A DNA stretch of 64,000 bases from Peribolospora baueri (Eukaryota): assembly GCA_029717555.1 (NCBI GenBank), contig JAMDHS010000027.1, positions 124,001 to 188,000 of the forward strand, written 5' to 3'. Numbering within the stretch: position 1 is the stretch's first letter; every line of letters starts with the position of its first letter. The notes under the pieces are model-generated. The model had not been told where the DNA came from. It did not search any database and saw nothing but the letters and a program-made list of their open reading frames with translations. The translations under genes were made by a program, and so were the position numbers. This document shows positions 25,070 through 36,929 of this stretch, in pieces.

Positions 25070-26401
25070 TCATTGGCGGCCGAGGAAGGGGTCCCAGGCG
25101 TAAGCCTTGTAGGCACCCCTGTCGAGCGAGCGCAGCGCCACAGCCTTGTCCGTCTCGATGTCGGCGATGAGCGCCTCTGCGGTGCGGGTCAACCGTCAGC
25201 GAAACCCGCGCCGCCTGACCGAGATGAAGAAAAAGGGCACAGCTCACCTCGACTGACGTAATTGAACTCTGGCCGGATGTAGCCCAAGACGACGACGCGG
25301 ACCTCCATGTCGTAAAAGTCGCCGGAAAAGCGGTGCATGATGTGGACCTCCTGGAGAAACGGCAGGGCGAGAATAATAAAAAAAGGAAGCGCTTCGGATG
25401 AGCTGATCGCGCGCCGCCAACTCCTTGGGGGTCGTGCCCACGACGAAGCGCTCTCGCTCACCGCCGTCTTGGTCTTGTTCTTGTAGAACGGGTTCCACCC
25501 GACGCTCATGACCATGGGCCACACTCGATAATCGTCCTCTGCGAGCCGCGAGCGCTTGGTGGGTGCGTCGCTGAGCACTTCGTCGTCGGCGTCGTCATCA
25601 TCGTCGTCGTCATCGACCTTGTCGTGGTTGTCGCCCTTCTTACCGTCCTTGCTGTCCGTCGCATCCGTCGCGCAAGCGCGCTGCCGCGCTCCCGTTCCCC
25701 TGGCGCTGATGGCCCGTCGAAGGCTGGCGCCGACGAGACGACCGGCGGAGCCGGAAAGAGAGGAGCCGGATTCGTCGGCCTCCTCTTGCGGGAGGACGCG
25801 CGCCCAGCCGAAGTAGACGCCGGTGCGCAGCGCGGGGTCTCGGTTTTGGAGGACGCGATCTGGGAGGTTGGCTGAGCGGGAAAAAGAAGGAAAGAAAGCA
25901 TGGATGAGAAAAAGGGGCGGGAAGATGGAAAGGAGATGGAGATCCTCGCCTGACTGGGGACTCACCGGTAGGACAGCCGAGCTCCTTGCCTCCCCTGCCA
26001 AAGCCCCTCTGGACCTTGCCCCTGAGGTAGATGGGGTAAGGCCTCTCGGGATGGTCTCCTCCGCAGATGCTCTTCCTCCTGCTCCTCGGACTGCCAGGCA
26101 TCGAGTTGGGCCGGGAGGAGTGGAGACTAGAGGTCGTCGCGGCTGGCGACGTGGAGGCAACGCTGGCGTTGGCGTTGGTGTTGGTGTCGGCGTCGGCGTT
26201 GTTGCCGCCGGTCGTGCTCCCGCTGGCGCTGGAGCCGGCGGTGGCGGTGGTGGAGACGTTGGAGGAGGAGACCGAGGCCGGTTGGGCTTGGTATGGGGAG
26301 TAGTTTGCTGGAGGAGCAGCGGCTGCGGAGGTGGCAGAAAGGGGCGAGGAAGGGTGGGCGCCGAGACCAGTCGAGCCGATGGGCTCGTGGCCGCTGCTCA
26401 T
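25070..26401 (-). CDS. FMN1: Riboflavin kinase
   Basis: GKVQRGFGRGGKELGCPT|ANL, GVYFGWA, MVMSVGWNPFYKN, EVHIMH.F..DFY, LGYIRPE, ALIADIETD; three introns; TGA at 25070. Confidence 0.95.
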
Positions 26402-27000
26402 GGTCGGTTTTGTCTATGATATGCGTGTGTGCGTGTGAGCGGATCGACTGGCCTGGTCTGGTCGTTCGACCGAACGCCAAGGGTTTGCCAAGCTCTCTTT
26501 CTCGAATGCGAGACGGTGTCGGCCGGGCGAGAGTGGGTGGGATAAGGGCGAGTGGGGGTTGGGTGTCGGTCGGCCGACGTCGGTCGGAGCCTTGGGAGAC
26601 GGTGTGCGGCGGCGGTGGAGGTGAGGGGAAAGAAGGTGGGAGGGAGGAGAGGGCGTGGCGGAGCGAGGCGAGCGGCGAGTGGGTGGGGTAATAAAAGATG
26701 GGGGACGGTGGGATAGATATGGATGGTGGTGGGAAGGAGTGAAAGATGGAGTGGTCGGCGGTGATCGAGAGGGGAAAGGAAAGAAAGGGAAACGCAAGAA
26801 GGGTCCGCCGACGGCGAGGAGCGGAAGAAAGTGGGCCGTGCAAAGGGCAGGGCAGGTGGAGGCGGTGAAGGTGGTCGTTGGTCGTTGGTCGTTGGCGGTG
26901 GTCGTCGACGTCGTGGTGGTGATGATGATGGTGATGGTGGTGGTGGTCGTTGTCGCCCTCCTCGTCCTCCTCCGTCGTCGTCGTCTGTCTACGTCTTCTG

Positions 27001-27028
<28 letters not shown>
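27001..27028. repeat. (GTC)n microsatellite
   Basis: Nine GTC units read directly. Confidence 0.85.
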
Positions 27029-27031
<3 letters not shown>

Positions 27032-30000
27032 GTCTGTCGCCGGACTCGTAAGTCGTCTCGTCGGACTCCGGGTCCGAGGCCGGGTCCGGCTGGGGCGGCG
27101 TGGTGGAGCGAAGAGGGGGAGAGGAAAAAGGGTGGCCACCCTCGTTCGCTGAAAGCGAGGAGGAGAAGAATACAAGCTGGAGGAAAGAAAGAATGAAAGA
27201 AAGTTGTCTGAGACGAACTTGCCCCATCACCAGATCAACCCCCTCCCCTCTCCGCGCCCGCGACAGGCCCATCAGCAAAGCAAGCAAGCAATCAAGCAAG
27301 CGATCAATCAAGCAATCAATCAATCAAGCAAGCGTCCTCTCGCCCCGTCTCCCTTCCTTCCTTCCTTGCCCTCGTCGCCGTCCGCGGCTCGTTCGCTCGT
27401 CCCTCTCGGACACATACGTACGTCCGTACGACCGTCTGCAGACGCCCCGGAGCGCCCGTCCATTCGGTTACAGTTGCCACATGAATCAAGCATCTCCCCA
27501 TTCGCCCGCACGCCACACCACGCCACGCCTTTTGCCAAAAGCCAGACAACGACCTTCTCTCTATTATTTTCCTCGACTCGTCGTCCAACGCAACGCAACG
27601 GGAGCGAGCGGAGAGAAATAGAAATTGGATTTCATGGCTCTGCATCCCATCCAAGCCAAGCCAGATCAGGTAAGGTCAGGTCAGGCCAAATGGTGGAGTA
27701 CTGTACGGTACAGGGACAGACAGACAGACAGACAGACGGCACCATGGACAACCCTGCGCACAGGCATCGGTCGGTCGGGTCGGGTCAGGTCGATCCATCT
27801 ATGCGCGCGTCGAATCGCAATCGCAGCCATCTTTCTTTCTTTCGGTTTTCCATCCGCGTCCATCTTGCCAACAAACTTGCCCCGCCCCCGCCCGCCTGCC
27901 TGCCTGCCGCCCGTTCCGCCTTGGCTCGCTTGTGCGGCGCAGAGCGAAGAAAGAAGAGCAGTCGCATCCGATTGCGCGAGCGAAGAAGGATAGCTGCCTG
28001 CCGCGTTTCATCCGAGCGGGTAATAAGCAAGAGAAGAGCGACACGCTCGTGTGCGCTTGCTTGCTTGCTTGATCACTCGCTCGCTCTTGCCTGCGTGTGT
28101 GTATATGGCAAGACAAGGCAAGGCAAGCACATGCACATTCGCTCGACTAGTCATGCCGAGCCGAGGCGCCCTCGGCCGTCGGCGCGGACGCCCGACGCGT
28201 TCACCGTTCGCCAAGTAACCAACCAAGTGTAGGTTTCCATCCTTTCCTTTCCTTCCATCCCCATACCCCTTTTCCCGGCCGAGCCGCCCGTCCCACTCGT
28301 CGCTTCGCCTAGCAGTCCTGACCTGACCTGACCTAGCCAGGGCCGCACAATACATACGTACATGCACACACACGCACCCCACCTTCCGCCCCTTTTTTTG
28401 CCGGCGGCGACCGCACGGAAACGCGCGTCCGTACATGCCGTACATGCCCGTCGTTCGTCCGCACGGCAACGACAAGCGGGAGAAGAGAACAAGAAAAAAG
28501 GGACAACGGTCTCCTTTGACGTGACCTGACCTGACATATCCCCCTATCCGCCCGTCGGGCCCAGCCAAGCCGAGCTGGCCTCACCGTGCCTGACCCTCGC
28601 CGGATCCAAACTTGACCCGACCTAAGAACGTCCGACCGAACGAACAAACGGACGCCGTCCTCGGTTTTTTTTTCTTTTATTTCAACGCCCACCTCGCTTT
28701 TCTTCCTTCCATACGTCTACCACCGTCCGCATTTTCTTTTTTCTTTTTTCTTTTACTTTCGGCTCAGATTGCTCGCCAGTCAAGTCGCGATGCGATCCCC
28801 CACGGACGCGATAATCGACAAGGACAACTGGCCAAGCAGACAAAGACGGACACGATTGATACTCATCATCCTCCACCGGACGTAGTAGATCCCCCAGGTG
28901 GCCTGGATGCCTAGCCAGCCCGACGTCGCCTTCTTCCCTCCTCCCGCCGCCCGATGTACGGACAAGGCCGTCATATGACGAACGGGTGCGCTCGTAGACT
29001 CACGATGGCGTACCAGAACGAGACGTGGCGTCGCCGGACGAGCCTTTATTGAAAACGTGGGCGGGATAGGACTTAAGGTCGCGGCGCAGCGCAGCGCAAA
29101 GGCCGGCGTCCCCAACAGTTTCGTGCTCGACCACGCTCGGACCCCAAGGCACCTCTCGGGTCACGCCAGCTTGTCCGACCGCGACGACGGCTACGATGGT
29201 TGCCCAGCGCCGAGACGGCAACCAGAGCGGGGAGGGGAGGACGCCTGGCTCCGGCGTCGTCTCCGAAGACGTGCGTTGAAGAACAGCGCGCCCGCCGATG
29301 GCTAGGGTGATGGGCGACCAGAGTCGGAGCGAGCGTCTTGACCGGGCGGGGGGTTTCTCGTTGACGACGTCGTTGCCGTTGTTCCAGCCCGTGAATGAAA
29401 ATACAATCTTCACCAGCGACGTGGGCCCATGCGTTCCCGTTCCCGCTCGTCCCTTTGAGAGCGTCTCGAAAGTGGGCGTAAGGATCCTCGACGTGGAAAG
29501 ACCATGTGGTGGACGTGGCGATGAGCAAGCGCCCTCTTTCTCTCCACTCGGTCACCTCGGCGCCGCCGGCGGTGAGGATGTGACGAAAACGATGCGGTTC
29601 GAGCTGCTGAATGACAGCGAGACCGCCTGTAAGGCGAACGTGACTGAAAAAAAGGAGGTACAGAGGCCGAGGATTTCGAGGTACACCACCTCTGCTCCCG
29701 CCCAGTTCGGATAACAAATAGGTCGCAAACTCGGTGTACACCGCCCAAGCCAGACAAGCTGATCACGGTGCGGAGGACAGGACGGAGATCATGAGCGAAG
29801 CGCCGACCGAGCCGAGCGACTCGTTGACCGATCGGGGAGTGCTGAAGATGCTTGTTCCGGAGCCACCACGCTCGCCCATCCATCCCATCTGCTTGCCAAA
29901 CGGACCTTTTGCCCTTCCCTGCAAGAGCTCCTCCGGCGACGATAGGCTCTTGAAATCGTCGTCCACTCCCATTTTCTTCCAGCCCCGTTCTTGTTCTTGT

Positions 30001-31649
30001 TTTCCCGTCGAGCTGACCGTGGCTTGGAAAGAAACCGGCTCGTCGAGGTGGGCCGGCGCTCTGACGAGATCGAACTGGAGATGATATTACTGATAGGCTA
30101 GACTGCGCTCCTTCCCTCACGTACCGGGGCATGTGAGACGCAGACGGGGGCTGTTAGAAGGGTCGTCTGTCGTATTTGACGAACGATGATTTGCCATTTC
30201 GCGGGCTCGCTCCACGCAGCCGCTTCTCTTGTCCGTTGCCATAGGCAGCTGGGGCAGCGTTATATCGTGGCCATCATGGCACGATTCGTGTAAGCGTGGA
30301 AACGGGAAAAGAAAAGGCCAACAAGGGATGGTGTGAGCGAGAGCGAAAGGACGCGACCCTCGACGGCGGCGCCACGGAGCGAGCGAGCCGATAAGATAAC
30401 GAACGAACGGCCAGAAAAGCCGCCGGACACGACTGAGCCCCGTCACGTACCATGGTTGCTTCTCGATTCGCATCGGCTCGGCTTGGCTTCGATGGTACCT
30501 ACACACAACATACACTCCGATGCGCTCCCCCCGCTTACCTGCCTCCTGCTTCCAACGCAGCCCCATGCCCTCCTCGTCAAAGACCTTCTCTCTTATGAAC
30601 ACCGGTGTCATCGGCGGAGATGCGCAGCCGTCTTGTCGTCATTAGTGTAGTGGAATCAGCGGCCGACGTGGCAGCTCCGTTTGGGACGACGACTGGATGA
30701 GGCGGCGTGGCTCACCTCATCATACGCTCCATCCTTCTTACGCCGCCGCAAGAATGTCACCCGCCGCCCCTCTGCTTCTCGGTGCCCGCATCGACCCTCT
30801 TCCAGCGAGTAGAATACGTGGACGTGCAGCGTGACTTCACATCGCCAGATCGTCCCTGTTTTTGACAAACTTTTTCCTTTGTCAGAAGGCCAACCTCTGT
30901 CGGAAAGGAGAGGGGGGACATCTGTCGAAGCACGTAACGAACCTTCCGAGGAAAAACCGACTGTCTCCTGAGCAGTGGTGAAAAAAGGGGAGCTGGAGAG
31001 GGGGTGGTCAGACGCACCGTACCTTCTTTGTAAGTTTGACGTCGATCCTGTCCTCAAGAGAGCGAGCGGCCTGAGCTGGAGGGGAAGAAAGCTTGGAGCA
31101 AGTCAGTGGATGGTGGACGAATAGGAAATGCGAGAGAAAACGGCCGAGCAATTTCCCATTCCGCCTCCTATGCCCCGTCTTAGGCTCTGCAGGGTTCTCT
31201 CGCTTCGCTCTGCACACCACACTGAATGCTTTCGGATCGGGCGACGCACCCACGGTGAACCACCGCGGTTCACCTATCCCGCAAAGCTCGACCGACTCGA
31301 AAGAAAAGAAGAGCAAAACAATAAGATTTATCAATTACGAGACCGCACCGCCGCAGAATAAGAGGAAGAGGCAAGCGACCGGAAGAAGCTTTTCCAAGGG
31401 GGAGGAGAGGAGGGTATAGCTTAGTGTACATGCGGGTGTAGGTGGGCATGCACGCTGTGCCCTAGGCACACCGAGGTGGGCCCTCGCTGCGTGAAAAGGG
31501 GCGCGGGGGCGGGGGCGGGGTCGGGGAAAGCAAAGCCACGAGCAGGTAGGAGGCTCAGGAAACAGCGGTCGTTTGAGCTGGAACACCCGGGTCGGTGGGC
31601 AGTCAAGTCAGCCGGCCACCGTCAACGGTGTGGTCATACGAAAAACCGA

Positions 31650-33206
31650 TCACTGAGCCAGCATGGCGATGCTCTGAGGCATGTCGGCCTTGTTCTTCTT
31701 CAGCACGCCCAGAATGTTTTGGGTCGTCCGCACGAGGGGCTGGATCGACGGCGCGTCCTGGGCCGAAGGGTAGGCGAAGGCGGCCTTGGGAGGCGCCTTG
31801 GCAGCCTGCTGGGCGGCCCTCTCCCGGTGGTGGTGGCTACGGCGGCGCTCGAAACGGACGGACTCGTGCCTCTTCTTCTGCTCGGGGCTCTGGACGGGAA
31901 TGCCGATGCGAGTGGATGGGCGCTCGATGGAGACCTCGTCGTCACGGGGGTGCAAGTGGTTCACGTTGTTAATGTGGCCGTAGAGACCCTGGAGGAAAGT
32001 GTAGAAGGAGGCCCAAGGACCGCTGAACTCGGTCGACGGGTCGCCGTTCGGAGAGCCGACGGAGGAACGGAGGCCAAGGCCCGAGAGGGCGCCGAGAGGA
32101 CCGGCGGGCTTGACGGAGGGCTTGCCAGAGCCAGAAGGCTTGGCGGAAGAAGAGGAAGAGGTGGGCGAAGGTGCGGGGGTCGAAGCCGAGGTCGGCGGCA
32201 AGGGAAGAGCATTGGCGACCTCGTTCGGGCCGTGGCCCATGTTCGCCTCGATGATGAACCTCTGGAGCGAGTAGTCGAAGTCTGCGTACGCCTGGGTCGG
32301 GTCCGACGCCTTGGGGAAGAGGGAGCTGGCGAACTTCTGTCCCTCAGTCGAAAGGGTTGCGGTGTTCGAGTTCTGACGCTTGCCGTGCAGCGCATTAGTG
32401 AGGCTGCTCAAGGGGCCGCCGCCCTGCTGGCTCGGACGAATGGTATAGGCGGCGTTGATGGTGTCCTGGAGTGCCTGGGTGTAAGCGTTGACGCTCTTGC
32501 GACTGTAATCTGCGGGCGGGGGGGGAAGGGAAAGGCCGGTGACCTCTTTCTTCACCAGTCCGCCCACGTAGGTGAAGTCATCCAACACGCTCTTCTTGTC
32601 GGGAGACGCGTTGCCGATGGCCTCCTTCCAGGAATGCACGTAGTCCAGGGCGCTTCCCGCGCTAAGCCTTTGGGGCACCGGCGGAAGGGAAATACCGGTG
32701 TTCTGCATCGGAGCGTCCTGAGGAGTCGCGGGGTTCTGCACCGGAGCGTTCTGTGCCGGAGTGACGACCTCGTTCGGAGTGTCCTGACGCCGCAAGGGGA
32801 CGCCGAGGTTCCTAATCGCGTCCATGTTCGACTTGCCGAGGCCGCCGTCGAAGGCCTTGCCGATGCCCTGCATGTACTGGTTGGAGCCCTTCTGGGTGAG
32901 CATCGACGGGGGGTCCGGGAGGGGCAAGCCGGCCAACGTCGCCTCGCGTCGAAGACCGGCGGGAAGGAGGCCGTGAGGTTGCTCGGTGTGCGCCTGCTGC
33001 TGGCCCTTCTTGAGACCCTTGAGGGCCGAGAGGTCGGGCGTCATCTGGTTCGCGGAGATGCCGGGCGTAATCGAGCTGCCGGAGGGAAGGTTCTGGAGCG
33101 ACGGTCCCGACTCGGGCAGTCCCTGCATCGCCGGTCCCGGGCCGCCGGCCTGAGCGCTGACGGAGGCTGCACAGAAGGCGGCAAAGAGAGCGGTGGAGAG
33201 CAACAT
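31650..33206 (-). CDS. Secreted 518-aa protein with internal repeats and dibasic (Kex2-type) sites; effector/KEP candidate
   Basis: ATG at 33206; signal peptide MLLSTALFAAFCAASVSA; intronless ORF with strong GC3 codon bias; LRR, LRR and GKR sites. Confidence 0.85.
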   Translation of the reverse strand: MLLSTALFAAFCAASVSAQAGGPGPAMQGLPESGPSLQNLPSGSSITPGISANQMTPDLSALKGLKKGQQQAHTEQPHGLLPAGLRREATLAGLPLPDPPSMLTQKGSNQYMQGIGKAFDGGLGKSNMDAIRNLGVPLRRQDTPNEVVTPAQNAPVQNPATPQDAPMQNTGISLPPVPQRLSAGSALDYVHSWKEAIGNASPDKKSVLDDFTYVGGLVKKEVTGLSLPPPPADYSRKSVNAYTQALQDTINAAYTIRPSQQGGGPLSSLTNALHGKRQNSNTATLSTEGQKFASSLFPKASDPTQAYADFDYSLQRFIIEANMGHGPNEVANALPLPPTSASTPAPSPTSSSSSAKPSGSGKPSVKPAGPLGALSGLGLRSSVGSPNGDPSTEFSGPWASFYTFLQGLYGHINNVNHLHPRDDEVSIERPSTRIGIPVQSPEQKKRHESVRFERRRSHHHRERAAQQAAKAPPKAAFAYPSAQDAPSIQPLVRTTQNILGVLKKNKADMPQSIAMLAQ

Positions 33207-33401
33207 GGCGAAGCCGACTGACTGAAGCGAGAGAGCAGTCGGTCTAGCGAAAGCTGTAAAAGAGGGAAAGAAAAGGAGAGAGGGGTAAGGAGCGTGGATA
33301 TGAAAAGGGAAGGTGAGTTTTGAGGGGGGGGGTCCGGGCGAGGGAAATGACGGAAAGATGAGGAAAAGCAAGAAGAAGGGAACCCGGTCGAGAGCATGGC
33401 C

Positions 33402-33409
33402 TTATTATA
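33402..33409 (-). promoter_or_regulatory. TATA-like box of the secreted repeat protein gene
   Basis: TATAATAA on the minus strand about 200 bp upstream of ATG 33206, followed by a pyrimidine-rich leader. Confidence 0.45.
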
Positions 33410-34514
33410 CTGGCGAGCTGTTACGTGCGCTCGGGAGGGGACGCCGTGACGTTCCCTGTCTTGCGGTCTCTGTAAGGAGCGCGCCGGTCAAGGCATGCAA
33501 ATTCACATTTCCGCCGTCGGCGAGGCACACGGCCCGCGACGGGCTTGAAGTGCGGCTATGTGGAGCCGATCCGCACAAACGACATGTGTGGAGGAGGAAA
33601 AAAACAAAACCATAGGACGGTGCAACCGGCGGGAAGAAGGCTGGACGGGCTACGTGACAGGTGGCCTTTCCAGAAGGACGGACGGACGGCTTGGTCGGAC
33701 GCGACGCAAGGCGGGAGGGAGACCGCCGGAGTAGAGAACGGAGGTGTGAGGTGTGGACCTGCTTGCTAACTGCCCGGGGAGCGACGACGTACTCGATTTG
33801 ATGTCGAGGAATGAGAATGAGAGGACTGGAGCGAGCCGGCGGTCCGTCGAGGTGGTGGTGAAGGGAAGAAAGAGGTGATCGATCGGCACGCATAAGTCAC
33901 ATACCTCACAGGGGAGGGGGAGGGGGAGGGGGCGGGCTCACGACCGTCGCGCCAGCCTCGTTGCGTGTTCGTCTACTTGTCTCGTATCGCGTGTGTCGAG
34001 GAGGGGGTATCATATCATGTAAGCTATCTGATCTCGGAGAGAAATGACGTGCACAGCGACATGCCTGCCGGTGGTCTATCCTGGCTCGGAAGCAACACAA
34101 GGGTGGAAGAGCGAGATGGAAGCCTTGCGCGCCTTTTTTACGATAAACCTCATGAGAAGACTCGTCGTCGTCGACGGCCGTTCAAACGATGTGGACAGAG
34201 TTCATACCTCCGAACAACATTCACCGAGCTACAGAAAATTCACGGAAGAGGTACACATAGGGAGGCTTACTTTACAACACCGACTACGAGAGGGGAGCCT
34301 GGCGGGACGCTGCGGAGAGATTACAAGCATGAAGGGAGTCTTAAAGGAGTCTTAAATGAGGAGAAAGGAAAAGAAGAAGCCAGCGAGGAGGATCACGGCG
34401 ACGCCAGTGGGTGGACCGTCGAGTGGCCGGTGGCTCGTAGGGTAGGTACGGCGAACCCGAACGGAGCGCACACTCACAACTGCGTCGAGCCGAGCACGTC
34501 CATCAAGACCGTCG

Positions 34515-36003
34515 TCAGTCGGCCTTCTGCTTGCCGCCTCCAGATTCCGCGGGAGGCGCGCCGGGAGTAGCGGCGACGCCTCCCCAAAGCCAAGAGAATT
34601 TACTGCTGCTCGGAGAGTCGCTTGAGCCGGCAGCTGCAGCGGCAGCGTCGCCCTTGCCTTTATCCGCTTGTGTCCCGGCGGCTGCGACGATCTCCTCGTT
34701 CTCCAAGCCGTCTCCTTTCTCCACGCCGTCCCCTTTCTCCACGACATCATACCCAGCATCGCTGCTCCTCGCGCTCACAGACTCGCTGTGGTCGGAGGCA
34801 AAGGAAACGTCCAAGTTGAGAGTGTTGAGCTCGGCCAGCTCGCGCTCTAGTGCTTCCTTTCGAGCCCGCGCTGCCGCCCTCGTGGATGAGGTTGATGCCG
34901 TACGGGAGGAGCCGGCCTTGCTCTGCGAACGGGAGCTCGGCTGACGGGCAACGTCTGGATCAAGCGAGCTCGTCGCCTCCATGTCTTTCTCTGGGGGGCT
35001 GGCTGCGGCGGCAGCGGCGGCGGCGGAGGCAGCTCGCTGGTAGAGAGCGCTGGCCGTCGCGGCAGCCGCTGGTCCGTACTGGCGCAAGAAACCTCCAGCC
35101 AGGTTGAGGAGTTGGGACGTGGGCGCCGCCGCCGGTTGCTCGGTAGTTGGGGGATCGGCGGCAGGAGGGGGTATGCCCTGGTTCTGTTAGCGGGGCGACA
35201 CACAAGACAAAGGCGATACACACGAGGATCGATGAGCGACGCTTGTTCTGCTTCCGATGAGGTCATCACAAATGTTTCTCACCGCCATGGCTGCGCCAAA
35301 CACCGTCTCACGGACGAGACCCCAAGCTCGTCGTGACATGTCCATGAAAACTCCCTTGACGCGATCCTGGAGAGCTTCAGTGAATTGGCGGACGTCGTCC
35401 GCGTGCGCGGCTAGGAAGGGCATGATGTAGTTGATGTATAGCCAGGTTGACCCCTGCAAGAGGTGGTCGATATAACGGAGGAGCTCGATCAGAACGACTG
35501 ACTGCATTCTGGGGCGAAGATGGTCAATGCGGGCGGTCCCGAGCATCCACTCGCCTGAGTCTGAGGCGCTGCGAGCCAGATGATGAATGCCGCTTTGATC
35601 TCGGGGAAAAATGGAAACCTGTGGGGCGTGAGGACCAACTTGCGATCAGTGTGCTCTTGGTTCATCAACTCTATCGAGATTGCGCTCGAGGACGTCGGTC
35701 GCCCAGTCCGCCCACGGCGATCGGCTCGAGCGCTAGACGTACTCACCAGAAGAACAGCCAACCGACCAAGGCATCCAGCGTCCAAACGCAAGCCATACAG
35801 CTCCAGTACATCGCCCAGCGCTCCAAATCGCCCATCTGCGCCGCCACCTTGTCCTTGGCGCGGTCCCTCTCCTCTTGAGAGGCGCCGCGGCGGAGACGCG
35901 GGCGGTTTGAGTCGTCCGAATCGACGACGGCCGCGAAGGAGGCGAATAGGGGATATATATAGCCGAAGAGAACGACAACGACCGTGGTCAGTGGGCCAAA
36001 CAT
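34515..36003 (-). CDS. TB2/DP1/HVA22 (REEP1-4/Yep1-like) ER-shaping protein
   Basis: FGYIYPLFASF...WAMYW...FFW|FPFFPEIK..FIIWL..PQTQ|GSTWLY..YI.PFL..H. The short N-terminus and long disordered tail fit the REEP1-4 subfamily. Three introns. Confidence 0.9.
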
Positions 36004-36929
36004 GGTGACGGGCACGATGTGGCGAGAGAGAAAGGAAGAAAGGAGATGGAGATTGGAGATGGAGGCGGATGGGGGCGTTTGGGTCTGTCAAAGCCGAGAG
36101 CGATAGGAGATAGACGAGTCCGATCACGTTGTTACCAAGGCTGGCGGCGCCCAGCAACGGCGAAGCGGTCGATGGAGAGGGCCTAGCGTAGCTGAACGAG
36201 AACGGCGGCAAAAGAGAGAGCGTAAGAACAGGATCGAGGACGACGACGGCCTATGGGCGAGAGCAAGACGAGGGGTTGGATGGTGTGGGGAGGATAGGAG
36301 ACGTCGGGCGGGAGCAGTCGCAGGTGGTATTTCACTCGATCACGCCCGCCTAGACAGACAGACAGACCTCCACGCCACCACTGGTCACGGACAGGGGGCG
36401 TACACATCATCCTCGGCGTCAGCCCTTCACAGCCGCATTTTACAAAGTACCACGTCAGCAAAGCGATAGGAAAACCCTACACGTCGACGAGCCCCGTCGT
36501 CGTCAGACCCAACACCACCACCCGGGACAAGCAGACAGACGATCGCGCGTCAAATCAGGCGAAACATGCAATGGCAAACAGGTCAGGTCACACGAGACGG
36601 TGGACGCATGCCTATCTGATGTATGGAATGCCCTCCCATCCGTTCGTCGGCTACTGCACGAAGAACATTTTCTTCGGACGGCTCTGTCCGCCCTGTCCGC
36701 CCGCGGTCAAGACGGCAAAGATGGTAGAAGCACAAGGGAGGTTCATGTGTATTGCACAAGTCATGAGGATGACTACCCGAGGTAGAAGACGGGTCCGAGG
36801 AACGAGGCCTCGGGTCCGCGAACGCCGTCAAACCGAACCAGGCGTACCGCGAACGGGTTTTGAAATACGATGAGGGGCATGGAGCGTAAAGAAAAGAGGA
36901 GCGAAAGGAAACCAATGCCAGACATGGGT

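Noticed and set aside
23826..25247. 473-aa minus-strand ORF
   Set aside because: Low-complexity S/L/R translation of a microsatellite-rich 3'UTR or intergenic region, overlapping the FMN1 last exon out of frame.
26127..28232. Long ORFs (398, 253, 342 aa) upstream of FMN1, including poly-His and poly-Arg tracts
   Set aside because: Translations of (GTC)n and (GGT)n repeats and pyrimidine tracts; stop-poor GC-rich DNA with no coding signature.
26400..28800. Possible FMN riboswitch upstream of riboflavin kinase
   Set aside because: No RFN-element consensus visible; FMN riboswitches are bacterial.
31476..33221. 581-aa plus-strand ORF overlapping the secreted repeat gene
   Set aside because: Antisense shadow of a GC3-biased gene; no ATG start and no recognisable motifs.
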